A DNA stretch of 64,000 bases. Origin: Elsinoe ampelina. Taxonomy: Eukaryota. The first letter of the stretch is position 1; each line of letters opens with the position of its first letter. Of this stretch, positions 12,742 to 24,600 are shown piece after piece. Below the pieces are notes generated by a model. It saw only the letters and a program-made list of their open reading frames with translations. It ran no database searches and was not told the origin of the DNA. Location of the stretch: assembly GCA_010093995.1 (NCBI GenBank), contig ML992511.1, positions 912,155-976,154 on the forward strand, written 5' to 3'. Both the position numbers and the translations under genes were made by a program.

Positions 12742-14109
12742 ATGGCACGACTCGTGTGCTCGGCTCGAGTATTGGATTCAGTTGTACGCCAAACGGTAGG
12801 AGTCGATGGATCATGCTTCTTGACCGCTCTACCAATACGAACCCTTTCTCGGACTGCAAGACCTCTCAGCACGCGAGCCTGTCTGGCATTCAGGCAAACA
12901 AGCACAACACATGATGCTTTGAAGGCTGGCGCAACATGGATATCTGCTGACAACCATGTGCCCCTCGTCAGCAGTGGCGGATCCGGGCTTCACCCCAACT
13001 GGACAAGTCAAGATGTGATCTCTGGATGGCCGAGTACGAATTTCGGAAACCAAAAAAAGGAGGATCTCGCCGAGCCCAGCCTCATCATCGACGAGAAGGT
13101 CCTAGAACATCTACTTGTCAATGGCCTGCCTGGGTCAGAAGTCGGCGCGTCAAATGCATCAGAGTCGATCAATGCTAGTGTCGAAGTCGAGGGAGAGGAA
13201 GAAGCGGCCAGAAGCGATGCAGTGCCAGAGACAAGCACAGCGAGTGCAGAAGAGCCAAACATACCAGGAAGTCGTGTACGGAGTAGGAAGGCTCGGAAGA
13301 TACGACGTTTGGAGGCGAAGCTGGAAGCCGCAAAACACGATCTCAGCAACACAGCTGGTCTAGGGCGAGGCAGCACGAATGACGCATCCAGCTCCACAGC
13401 TCGACGGAAACATCCTGCATCCATCATCGACGACGAACTGAGTCAGGTCAATTCTGTCCTTGAAGGCGATCATGATCAGACTCCAAAGCGAGCGAAGAAA
13501 GCGAAGCCGCGCCAGACAATGGACAAGCCATCAGCAGCAAGGCACATCAAATCATCAAGAGCCACTACCGTTCCTAAGGCAAAGCCAAATTCAGAAAACG
13601 AGCAGGAGTCGTGGAGAACACAAAAGGCCGCGCTTGAAAAAAAGTTTGGAGACCAGGGTTGGCAGCCTCGAAAGCGCATTTCTCCCGACGCGATCGCTGG
13701 CGTCCGTAGCTTGAACGCCAGCGATCCTGTCACATACAGTACCGACAGACTCGCCGACTATTTCCAGATCTCCCCTGAAGCAGTTCGGCGAATTCTCAGG
13801 AGTAAGTGGCAGCCGAACGAGAAGCAAGCGGAGAAGCGTAAAGCACGGTGGGAACGTAGGGGTGAGAGGAAATGGACCGAGATGGTCGATCAGGGCGTCC
13901 GCCCGCCGAAGAAATGGCGAGATATGGGCATCGGCCGTGCTGCTAAGGGTGAGCTGCCGGGCTGGAAGAAGAGGGATGCTGGTGGCCGGCGGCAGAAGGG
14001 CGAGAGATGGATAGAGAACAGATCACCAGAGGAGCTGTTTGCGCGAGCAGCTGAGCACTCGGCTGATATGAACGGGCAGCGTCTCAACCTCCCGGACAGG
14101 ATCTTGTAA
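12742..14109 (+). CDS. RRG9: Mitochondrial Rrg9/neugrin-domain protein (455 aa)
   Basis: WRTQKAALEKKFGDQGWQPRKRISPDAI...LADYFQISPEAVRRILRSKWQP neugrin motif; Arg-rich N-terminus. Confidence 0.88.
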   Translation: MARLVCSARVLDSVVRQTVGVDGSCFLTALPIRTLSRTARPLSTRACLAFRQTSTTHDALKAGATWISADNHVPLVSSGGSGLHPNWTSQDVISGWPSTNFGNQKKEDLAEPSLIIDEKVLEHLLVNGLPGSEVGASNASESINASVEVEGEEEAARSDAVPETSTASAEEPNIPGSRVRSRKARKIRRLEAKLEAAKHDLSNTAGLGRGSTNDASSSTARRKHPASIIDDELSQVNSVLEGDHDQTPKRAKKAKPRQTMDKPSAARHIKSSRATTVPKAKPNSENEQESWRTQKAALEKKFGDQGWQPRKRISPDAIAGVRSLNASDPVTYSTDRLADYFQISPEAVRRILRSKWQPNEKQAEKRKARWERRGERKWTEMVDQGVRPPKKWRDMGIGRAAKGELPGWKKRDAGGRRQKGERWIENRSPEELFARAAEHSADMNGQRLNLPDRIL

Positions 14110-14370
14110 CATAAGTTAGCGTAAACAAAATACACGTACCATACCTTACATCCATTCCATTTCTTGGCAGCGATGTCATTCCACAACTCCACAAAGTGCG
14201 GTCGTGTTTCTTCCATGTCTACCACAGTGACAGTTGCCATTGTGTCGCTCGATCTGAGGAGATTGCGTCGCGGTCGGATGTCGATAAGTTTGCGATCTTG
14301 TTCCCACAATGAGGACTCCTCGAATACCAGAGATTGAAGCTGCTGAGCTCCGGCCGGGACAAACACCGCA

Positions 14371-17061
14371 ATGCCTTCCAACATCCGCACATACGTCCAA
14401 TGGAAGGACTCGAACATATTCGCCGGTGAAGATATCGAGTGTATTCTCACGTTCAAGAACATAGCCCGGACAGCGCAACAACGGGAAAGAGCCACAGCAG
14501 AGGGCAGACATGGTTCAAGACTTGATCCCTTACGGCCTATCCTGGAGCGCCAACGGACAGTCACACAGTCTACTGCCTTCACGAAACCTTCCCTTGCTCG
14601 ACGCCCCTCCGTCGCCAGTGGCACGACTGCTCCAACCGCAGGTCGAGGTCATAGACCCTCAGCCTCCATGACTGTTGCGCCAAACACGCCGCAGACAGGA
14701 TGGTCGAGCAATACTTCCACAGGACAAGCTCGACCCGGAAGAGCACACGGTCGATCCCTCTCCATATTATCCCTGGGTACGGATGTCGGCTCATCACCCG
14801 GAAGAGCTGGACTGGGTGCGCCACGAAGAGGAGGACACGGCAGATCAGCCAGTCTACAGATAGTGCCACAAGCACCTGGGCAGACAAGCCCTGGATCCAA
14901 AGCTCCAAGTGTGGCGCATCACGCGCTGGACGATGATGCAAATACGCCGCCGCTGGAGAATGGTGCGATGCCGCGTATCAGCCGCAGAAGATCAGGAGTC
15001 AACACTGCGCCTACCACTCCAGCGTTCGAGCAACCAGGTCGCAGCAGGGCAGGCACGATTTCGTCCGAGTTCAGGTTTCCGAACGCACAACAGTTGGAGC
15101 ATGTCAACGAAGATGAAGAAGTGTCAGGATACAGAACTGGCTCTGTACAGATCACGAATGGACGAGATCGAAAGTTGTCCCAGGTCGCATCCCCGATATC
15201 ACCAGGCGACACTTCAAATGTGCCAATTGTCACGCTAAATCCAAGTGCAAAGTTACTCTCAGAAGCAAGCATCAATGGTACACCCAGGACCAGCAGCGAG
15301 TTCTACTCTCTCAGCAATGTGTCAGATGAGACCGTCAACTCAGAAATGCCGTCTCAATCATCCGCTAGGCTGGTGCCGAGACAATCTCTGTCGAGGAGCA
15401 ATTCGCGAAGAGGCAATCCTCGATCAGACGAGCCCGAGCATCTCATGATGGGCTATGCTCAGACGATGGGCTCTTTCAGTCTGGACGGATCCCTGGTGAA
15501 TCAGGCTCCGTTCGAAGAGGTCAAGCGAAAAGGTATCATCGGCAGTCACGGCGGAGGTGGTGTCGTTGGAGTGGAGCGATCCAAACGAGAGAGCGGTTTG
15601 TTTGGCGGCCTAGGCTGGAGTAATATTGGCGAAAGCCTGACTGGCCTGCTTGGAATGGATGAAATGAGCAGCATGCGCGAGATGAGCCGCACCGCGAGCA
15701 CCAAAACCATCCCCATGCTTTCAACGCCACAGTCAATCCTATTCGTAGACCTGCGTCTTTCCCCGGGTCAGAGCAAGAGCTTCACATACAAGTTCAAGGT
15801 ACCCAAAGGGCTTCCCCCATCCCACAAAGGACGTTCAATCAAGGTCGTCTACCACCTCCGCGTCGCGGTCCAGCGGTCAGGCTCCGTGGAAAGCCAAAAG
15901 GTCAAAGATGTCGAGATCCCCTTCCGTGTCCTCGGCAGCGTCAACCGCGACGGCGACATTCTCGGTCACGACCTCATGTCACCCTACATCCTCCTCAACG
16001 ACATGGCCACCACTTCCCTCCTCCCCACCGACACCGATCCATCCACCTTCTTCACCACCCCACAACCATCCAGACCCGCCCCCACCCCATCAACCGGCAT
16101 GGACGACTTCCTCCGCTACACAGCTCGACTCCTCACGCAACAACCCGCCGGCGCCCCCCTGGTCTCCCCCTCCGCCACCACCGATCGTCGCTTCTCCACT
16201 GACATGCCCAATCCGAGAAACATGAAAGAACGCATCGACTTCTCCATCCTTCGCGCGAACCATTCCTCCCTCCCCACCTCCAGCTCAAACAACCGATTCA
16301 CCATCGCCCGCTCAGGCCAGCACGTCGCTGTCCTCACTCTCCTCCGCCCTTCCTTCCGACTCGGCGAGACGGTTCTAGTGAAGATCGATTTCCGACCTCC
16401 TGCCTCCGCTCAGCAGACAGCCCAGCCGACGTACCTGGTCACCGTCTCGCTCGAGACATCCGAACGCGTTGACCCCTCGCTGGCGCTAAGGTCAGCGACG
16501 TCCATCGCGAGGGTCACGAGGAAAGTGCACGCGAGCGCGACGGAGACGGTGTTGTTCGCTAGGCAAGCGACGTTTGGGTTGGAGGTGCCGGTGGCTGCGA
16601 CGCCTAGTTTCGAGACGACGGGGGTGCGGTTGGATTGGAGGGTCAGGGTGGAGTTTACTACTGGCGTTCTACTGGACGGGAACAGGATGGGGGGCGATGT
16701 CGACAACGGTGGAGAAGGGGAGAATGCCAAAGATGAAGGGGAGGAAGGGGAGGGGCTAGGGATCTTGGGGGCGGAAGAAGAGGAGATTAAGGAGGGGGAA
16801 GGGAAGGGGAAGGAGAAGGAGAAGGAGAAGGAGAAGGAGAAGCAGAGTGGGAGTGAAGGGGGAGAAGGGAAAATGGAGGAGTGGTTTGCTGCTGGCGGGC
16901 TGCTGGAACATGTATCGAGCGATGATCGTGGGAAGATATTGGTTGCAAAAGAAAGGCTACAGGCTGAGACTTTCGAGGTGGGCGTACCGATCAAGGTATT
17001 CGGTGTCAATGGAGTCGAAGGAGGAGGCGGGATGGGGGTGAGTGATGTATACGAGATTTGA
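14371..17061 (+). CDS. RGP1: Rgp1 family Rab6/Ypt6 GEF subunit (896 aa)
   Basis: N-terminal IFAGEDIECILTFKN; LMMGYAQTMGSFSLDGSLVNQAPFEEVKRKG; STPQSILFVDLRLSPG...GLPPSHKG. Confidence 0.88.
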   Translation: MPSNIRTYVQWKDSNIFAGEDIECILTFKNIARTAQQRERATAEGRHGSRLDPLRPILERQRTVTQSTAFTKPSLARRPSVASGTTAPTAGRGHRPSASMTVAPNTPQTGWSSNTSTGQARPGRAHGRSLSILSLGTDVGSSPGRAGLGAPRRGGHGRSASLQIVPQAPGQTSPGSKAPSVAHHALDDDANTPPLENGAMPRISRRRSGVNTAPTTPAFEQPGRSRAGTISSEFRFPNAQQLEHVNEDEEVSGYRTGSVQITNGRDRKLSQVASPISPGDTSNVPIVTLNPSAKLLSEASINGTPRTSSEFYSLSNVSDETVNSEMPSQSSARLVPRQSLSRSNSRRGNPRSDEPEHLMMGYAQTMGSFSLDGSLVNQAPFEEVKRKGIIGSHGGGGVVGVERSKRESGLFGGLGWSNIGESLTGLLGMDEMSSMREMSRTASTKTIPMLSTPQSILFVDLRLSPGQSKSFTYKFKVPKGLPPSHKGRSIKVVYHLRVAVQRSGSVESQKVKDVEIPFRVLGSVNRDGDILGHDLMSPYILLNDMATTSLLPTDTDPSTFFTTPQPSRPAPTPSTGMDDFLRYTARLLTQQPAGAPLVSPSATTDRRFSTDMPNPRNMKERIDFSILRANHSSLPTSSSNNRFTIARSGQHVAVLTLLRPSFRLGETVLVKIDFRPPASAQQTAQPTYLVTVSLETSERVDPSLALRSATSIARVTRKVHASATETVLFARQATFGLEVPVAATPSFETTGVRLDWRVRVEFTTGVLLDGNRMGGDVDNGGEGENAKDEGEEGEGLGILGAEEEEIKEGEGKGKEKEKEKEKEKQSGSEGGEGKMEEWFAAGGLLEHVSSDDRGKILVAKERLQAETFEVGVPIKVFGVNGVEGGGGMGVSDVYEI

Positions 17062-17951
17062 ATGAACAACGATGTCTATCCTTCCCACCGCCAGTCACTG
17101 TGATGCTGCTCATTGGGCCCACATCCTCGTTCTCACAAAGAAGTAACCAGTGAGATTCTGCACTTGCCATATCGTTAGATGACAGCCCTGTACGTTGAAG
17201 GCCACTGGGCTTGTCTCCTTCTGGTAGTAGCTGTGGCTAGTCTGACCTCTGTATGGGAACCCGATGTCCCTCTGTTGAGAATCTGTTCAAAGTTCCATGA
17301 GGGGGGCGCATTATTGCGTCAGGAGTGTTGGATCGTCGTGGCAAGGCGCCTTGGTGTCATTCTCCGACCTTGAGCTTCTGTTAGTCAACGTCATGCAGAG
17401 CATGCCTTCCGCTGCCTACTGCGACAAATGGCTGGACTCACCAACATCAAGCGCCCGAGTTCACTTCAAAGAGCGTTCCCCCGGTGTTGACATTACACCC
17501 TGAGACATAATCTACAGTGACCCTGCAGTGATCATCGCGTTGGAAGAATCCGCATTTGTTGCATCGTCCTAGATTGCGAATGCCCTAGTAGTCGTGCCAG
17601 ATGTCGTTACCGCTGATTTGGCAGTGGTCGCCTTGAATGAAGACGCCGCATCCAGCGCCTGTGCCATCGCCCCAGCAAGTTCCCGTCTGGACACCAGCAC
17701 TATCATCCACCTCAAGAATCGCGCAGGCCATGCTTGTCAACGCACATTGCCTTTGCATGCTACTACTCTGCTCCCCTGTCACGAGTCACACCAGTCAAGA
17801 CCACGACTTGAACCATATATCATGATCAGAACAGCTTGACAATCTTCCACTTCGATATCTACGTGACGCACACGACGACATGTATCCAAGAAATGCGCAC
17901 ACCCATGGACATGACTATCTCGTAGAACTCCATGGTGGAATATACTCGTTG

Positions 17952-20715
17952 TTATGCCAATTTCTTGCTCCACGTCTGGTTGTTATTCGCGTCCAGCTGC
18001 ATCACCTCCATGTACGGCGCCTGACTGGCTAGAATGAGGTATGTGGCACTGTTCGTCATCGAAGCCCAGAAGCAAGCTGGAAGCAGAGTGATTAGCTGAT
18101 AGACAAGCGAGTGGAACGGTGTACGTACTGCCGTTGTCGTAGGCACAGAAGTTGCCGTCGCCTTGCCAGACGAGTATCAAGTTTTCTGGTTTTGTGCGGG
18201 ACGGGTTGCCGGAGTTGGAGTGCCACTACGGGTATGAAATTAGAGTCGTGGTTCTTGGTGCGTGTCTGTGTATGAGATTGTGGGGGTTTGCTTACAATCA
18301 TGTTGTTGCCCTGCTGAATCACAAAGTCGCCGTCGGGCTTGAAGATGTATTGCACGCCGTTCTCGAATTCGAGGAACGGCGCGAGGTTGCCGCCCTTGAT
18401 GGTCCAGCTCTGGGCCCTGCTGAAATACAGACGTGCACCTGTGGGGCTTGTCAGTAATGTCCTCCCCGAGTCATGGGCGGAGCGGAGCTTGGGTATCACG
18501 TACGTTCCGGCTGCAGTGCTGAGCTATACGTAGCGCATGGTTGCTTTGCCTGTGGGTTGACGGTGTCTGGTTGCCGCCTGTCTGTGAGGACCAACGAGGC
18601 CTTTTCTTCGCTTCCAGTGGCAACTTGCATTTTCCCGCCCTCTGTCACCTGATAGAACACTGATGAGTACTTCATGGTGCCAACCCATGGGTCTCCGAAG
18701 AAACTGTTCGATGATGGCAAGTATCGGACCTTCTTGGGACCATTGAGATTCGCCTTCAGCGCAGCCTGAAACTTGTCGAGATCCGGCTGGTCATTGAAGA
18801 GCTTGGCACCGTAGATGACTGCCGTGGTCGACTACTTATCCGCAGTCCATGTGGTAGGTTTGACTACGACAGCTTGGGTAGAGTCGTGGTTGACGATGTA
18901 CTTGGAAGTGGTATCCGTCGCACCTGAAGCCTCCTCTGCTTTGGCAATGAAGCATCTCATGGGTCCGTCTGTGTACTGGTAAATGAATGACAAGACCAGC
19001 GTCCACCCAGGCTCGATAATTTGGCTTGTGCCCTCTACCAGACTCTTAATGCCTGATGCTTGCAATGTCATGGTCTGGTCAGAGTTGACCATCTTCTGTA
19101 CCCTGTCCGTGACATCGACATTACCACAAGCGGCTGCGAGGATCTTGAGCTCATACACTTTGGCTGGCGGCGCTGGCGGCGGCGAGTCCTTATCTGGCGC
19201 AGTCGGGAACAAGGATGCAAGGTCTGCTGGGATTGTACTCAGATTTGCCTTCTCTTGTACCGGAGCCGTATCTGTAGTCTTCAGAATCGGTAAGACGTCG
19301 GTCCAGATCTCGGGAGCGATCATGCTCTTGAAGTCGTTTTGGGAGTATAATGCATCTCCGGTGGTTGTCGATCCGGTGTATGCATCTTGGGTTGCAGGAG
19401 CCTGCTGTTGCGGTAACGTGGTAGTCTCAGCTGACGACGATGTGGGAGGTGATGGACCAGCTGATGGCATGACATACTCAGAGTCCACACTCTCGGTCCG
19501 TTTAGCGTCGGCGGACTCGGCCTGGGCTTGCACTGCCACTGGCGCCGCAGTGGGGGTGTAGCCTTGATCGATCTGGTAGGATACCGCACTCTCTAGTGCA
19601 TCTCTCACAATGGCCCTGACATAAGCATTGGTAGGGATTGAGTTTTCGCCAAGGATTCGTTTCAGACTAGTAGGGTCTTTGGACAGCGTGTCGACGACCC
19701 TCACAATCTTGTTCATCTCAACCCTCAGAGCCGTTCGCACCGCAACCAGTGTACGAGTTTCGATCGGTATGTAATTTGGTTTCCATACCTGCGGCGTATA
19801 TATAGTGGGGTCGCTTATGGTGTCTTGCACAAGCTTCAGCAACTGCTTGTACTCCATGAAGTTGTCGAAGAGCTCTGAAGTGTATGAAGCAATGGAGTCG
19901 TATTCGAGCACCGAGATGCTCCTGCCGCGGGACCACTCAACAAAGCTCCTGTTTGCCTTGTACTTTGTCAAGATTGCCCATGTCTTCTGCGGACACTTTG
20001 CCACCTGGTTTGGGAAAGCTGCAGCGGCGGCGTAGACGCTATTCATGTCCCAATCTACGCTAGGGTGCTTAACCTGGCCGCCACCCATCCACGCCACTGA
20101 TATGGTAGTTTCTGTGTCCTTGAGGGCATCGAGACTGCCAGAACTTGATGTGAAAGCATCCATGTCCAGGGTGAAGTCATTCGTGCCAGTCTTGGCGGCC
20201 TTTTTGATCGCGGTGGTGACCTTCTCCGTCTTGCTGCGATCGAGCACACGCATCGAGATGATTCCGTTGAAGTCGCCGCCCTCAATGAACCCCGATATAT
20301 AGCAGTCTCCGAAAGCGTCGTTGAATGCTGCGGTGTTTGGCTCGATCTTCTCAATGGCGTTGAACGTACACTTCTCATCAATGACAGTTGTTTGATTGAC
20401 TACCTTGACCGAGACAATTGCGTTTGTGTCCGATTGCTTGATCTTGTCTTCGTCTATGTGGTTGCCGTTACCCGCCACCTCAACAGTGCCTTTCTTGATA
20501 GAACTGCTGTATGAGATGTTCATGGTTCTGACAACATCCGACAATCTCTCGACAAACTTTGACGAGTAGGTGACGACCTGTGAAGGATTCTCTACACTCT
20601 TGACCTGCTTGTCTGTGAAGGTCACAGCATTGTCGGTACAAATCGTCTGGGTGTACGAGTTGAATCCCATGCCCAATCGCATGGAATCGTTGTAAGGTGC
20701 GAGTAGGAGAGCCAT
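17952..20715 (-). CDS. MACPF-like protein A: MACPF-like domain, helical region, linker, two SUEL/DUF3395-like modules and a C-terminal bulb-type lectin; in-frame TAG at 18832-18834 (627 aa if it stops there, 858 aa if read through)
   Basis: Exons 20715-18504, 18438-18296, 18225-18129 and 18076-17952, joined by canonical introns (GTACGT..ACTGAC..CAG; GTAAGC..CTAAT..TAG; GTACGT..GCTAAT..CAG) that keep frame. Motifs: LGMGFNSYTQ, FGDCY-x6-GG (20275-20313), FFGDPWVGTMKY, IWHSNS, WQGDGNFCAY, FWASMT. Confidence 0.75.
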
Positions 20716-21699
20716 GATTCGATGTGAGCGGCTGTATGGCTGTGGTAGAAGATTCGTGATACGATTTCTCTAGAAGATGAAGTGAGGTTATGGCATTGGA
20801 ATCTCGAGGTTCCAACGGGTCAAATTCCAACCGAATATCAGCCTCTCTGCCTTACCCATGATGTATAAAGACTAACGGTACCACAGCAGCTGAATGCAAC
20901 ACGCCACGGCATCACGGGTGGCGTACCTCCAGGGCACACCCTTGTTCCCCCCTGCATGTCTCTCCGTGCGTGATGAGGCGATTATGAATGAACGGAGCTG
21001 TACGATGAGCTGGCATGTCCCAAATGAGAACAAAGCAATGCTGAGGCTGCAAACCATATGCAGTGGCGTTACAGTTATCGGGAGCTACGCGAGTCTCGTA
21101 GCTCAATGCAACACGCCATGCGGCCGTGGACGAGCGTTGTACTACCCGAAATAGATGGTCTTCATGATCCTTGTAATTATGGGTTGCACTTGCCTCGGAC
21201 TAGACATGACATGGATGAAGCGAAGACGAAGTGGAGAGCTGAGATGGACAAAAACGAAACAGGAGCTGCCGAACTCGAGGCCATGGCGTTGCAATAGCCG
21301 CACGCTATACCATATCGAGACGATACACAACCATATAGGGATCTACCCCGACCACATACATGCACTTTTGGCGCCTCTCCTGCAGCAGAGCTGACACGCT
21401 TGGACACATGCACGACGTGTTACTCGACATGCACGAAGCCGCAGAGCACGATGTCTCATCTCATGCAAGCCTCGTCGCGCTGCTGCATGCGAGATCCAAC
21501 AGGACCATGCAGAGCGACGACGGCGGTCGGTGTGTCCCGTTCGCACTCTGGATGGGACACGCGGGAGTGCCGAAGCTGGTACACTGATGCGAGAGCACAT
21601 TCATCAAGCTCTATCGCCATCTATCTTTCCGTAAGAGCAGTATTGTCGCTTTTCTGTATTTGACACGTATTTCCCAGCCTCACACTGCTTCGCATCAAT

Positions 21700-24600
21700 A
21701 TGAGCACGCCCCAGTCATCCGGAAAGGATGCGAAGCCCACTACTGCTCCTGATGCTCCCAAAGCCGGGACTCATAGAACGCCAGTAGCAACAACCGACCA
21801 AGTTCCGGATCCACCGACATGGAAGGCAGCAAAGCCGAACGCAGCAGATGGGAATGCGAAGCCTGCTGATACTACGGATGCTGGTGATAAAACCGAGACT
21901 TCCACGGGGTGGAAGAAAGCGCAACCAAGCAAGACAGGAGATGGCAGTCAAGCCCAGGACGCATCGAATGCAAAGACCAAAGCTCCAGCCATAGGTCAAC
22001 AGAGGAGTCCCCCGGCACCGGCAGCCACGAATGCGCTGCTATCAGCGCCGCCCTTCATCATCAAAGCATTCTTATGGAAGCCTGGAACCGATGCTCCCAT
22101 TGTGGAGGCCAATGCTTCTCTGACCTCTCAGACCCTCACGCGCAATCTGCCTACAGGCAAGACTGCCAACACAATCACTCTAGGGGAGGTGAGGAGATTA
22201 CTACCAGACATGTCAAGATTCTCTCGAATCCATGGTTTCTGCACGGTCTCTGGGATTCTACTCGCCGATGAAAGTCTTACTCTGGTCGACTACTTCGCCA
22301 TCGAGCCTGTCGAAGCACAGGATGGCGTGCCCAGTCTAAGTATCTACTACAGAGCGCCAGCCGCCAATCCAACGACGTACGCTACTACGGCGCAAGCCGC
22401 AGCGGCTGGTCAGAACGGACCGGCTGGTAGTCTTCCTGGAAATGCACCCGGGGTCAATCTGACTCTCAGCGGAGCAGCTGCGCAACCAGCAAGTATCACA
22501 GCGCCCACCCCAGCACCAGCACTACCGGCGCTTACAGCGGCTGCCCCAACTGCAGCAGCACCGGCCACAGGAAAGCCAGTCGGAGCTGACGTCATGTCAG
22601 CGGGCAAGCTCACTGAGGATCAATGGGGTGTAGTCCTACGGAATTGTGGAGTCTTTTACGGATGGATAGTCGACCGCGAAACTCGTCAGATACGGCGAGC
22701 ACCCAAGGCAGCGTTTCAGCTTCGATCTAAGACAGATCCCTATGCTGATCCCTACGCTGCGGCTGCACAGAACGCGGCTGTGCAAGGACTGGCTAACGGA
22801 TATGCCGACAATGCGGTTGTAGCTACTGGCCCGTCTAGTCAGCAAGAGACAAGTGCAACCACCCCACTGACGCAAGAGCAAGCCCAGAAGGGTGGGCTGA
22901 ACCAAGCACCGGTGGCCTCAAATTCGACCGCGACTACAGACAATGCAATCTCGGTGCCCGCCACGGCTGAAGAAGCATCACAAGATCTCGAATTGCCGAG
23001 CGAACGAGCAGCTAGACTTGCAGCCGCCGCCACTCCTCCATCAACGAATACTGTCAGCAGCCCATTTCGAATTCCGATCAAGTCTGACAAGGGCATTCCG
23101 AATTACAGAGTGAACGACGATTCTAAGATCGACATCACCGTCTGTACTCATCAACTAGCAGTTTCGCTCGCCCACAATGACTTTTCAAGTCAAAGCACTG
23201 AGGCAAGTGTGTCGGGTGGCGCCTTTGGTGTCACGGTCGGAGTCAGTGCTGGCTACGCGAAGAGCGAAAGCTCAGCCGTCTCGCATACCTCCAACATGCA
23301 GACGCAAATCATGGTCGCCCGCTACATGTATCCTCGCTGCGACCTCTTCCTGACTCCTGACGATCTCGAGCCAAGCCCGGAGCTGGCACAACTAGTTGAT
23401 ACAGTCCGACAGACGAAGAGCATCAAGGCATTGAGGAAGATACAAGCTGAGTTTGGACAGGTATTCTGTCAGCAGCTCACGCTTGGTGCCCGACTTCTCT
23501 CCACCCGCACCATGTCCTCCAATAAAGAGACGTCTGATGAAGAGAAGAAACAGGAGTTTAAAGTTTCCGTTGGAGTCAGCGTGTCTACTCCATACGGTGG
23601 TGCTAGTGTTAAGCACGAGGAGGCTAAGGGCTCAGGCGATAAGAGCAGTCGAAGCGAGACCAACACCAATGACAACAATGTGTTTGAAGCGGTGGGTGGC
23701 GACACTCTTTTGTCCACAAATCCACTGGCATGGTCGCAGTCAGTCGGAGCTCCAGACCTGTGGCGAGTAATCAATCGAGACTCTCTGTCGCCTCTGGTGG
23801 ACATGCTTGCATCGATGCCAGGCTTTGAGGCGGCCCAGAGTTGGTTCGTCCAAGCTGTACCAGCGCTCAGCACCTACTTGACCCTTGACGATACCAAAAA
23901 GGTAACTGCCAGGCTAAAGGTACAAGCTCCCACCAACAGTCTCGACGTCAGCAATCTGGATGGAAGAGCCGTGCACTATCTTGGTCATCACCCGGATGAT
24001 AATCTCACACCTCGGCTTTGCGAGATCTCTACTCAAGACTTTTGGTTCCGCGTGGAGACCACTATTGAACGGACACTATTCGAGCCCTTTTCGTGGAAAG
24101 CTCCAAGTCTCAGAGGTTTTGCTGGATATGAGATCGAAGGTTCCAAGTTCGGATCAAAATACAACAAGTCGTTCGCAGCAACAAATTGGAACATCATTGC
24201 ACCTTTCAGCGACACAGTGAGTGTGACTAGTAGCCCATGGAAGCAGAAACTAATTCTCCCAGCTATCCCACGGCTGCCGTGTGATTCTTCAAACAGTGCC
24301 TTATATTGACCCCGCTGCAGCTCCAACTGTGGGAGGAGGCAAAGACTCAACTCCTTCACCCTCACACATGGTAGTCTTCCGCAATGCCCAAGGTGAATTT
24401 GTCCCGGGCATGTCCGATCGAGACGAGTACCAATACTGGCGTCTGCTCAAAGTCGGGGCGGCCAAGCCCAACGAGCCACTGCAGCCCGGGGACGATGTTC
24501 GTCTCTGCTGGGCGTTCAAGGACCAAGAAACCGGCTTCCGGGATTACGTTCAAGACACCTTTGGGCGAAGACAGAATAAGAAGCCAGCGGGGGTGCGAGC

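Noticed and set aside
16795..16842. (GAGAAG)n repeat
   Set aside because: Encodes an EK low-complexity loop inside RGP1; an ordinary coding microsatellite
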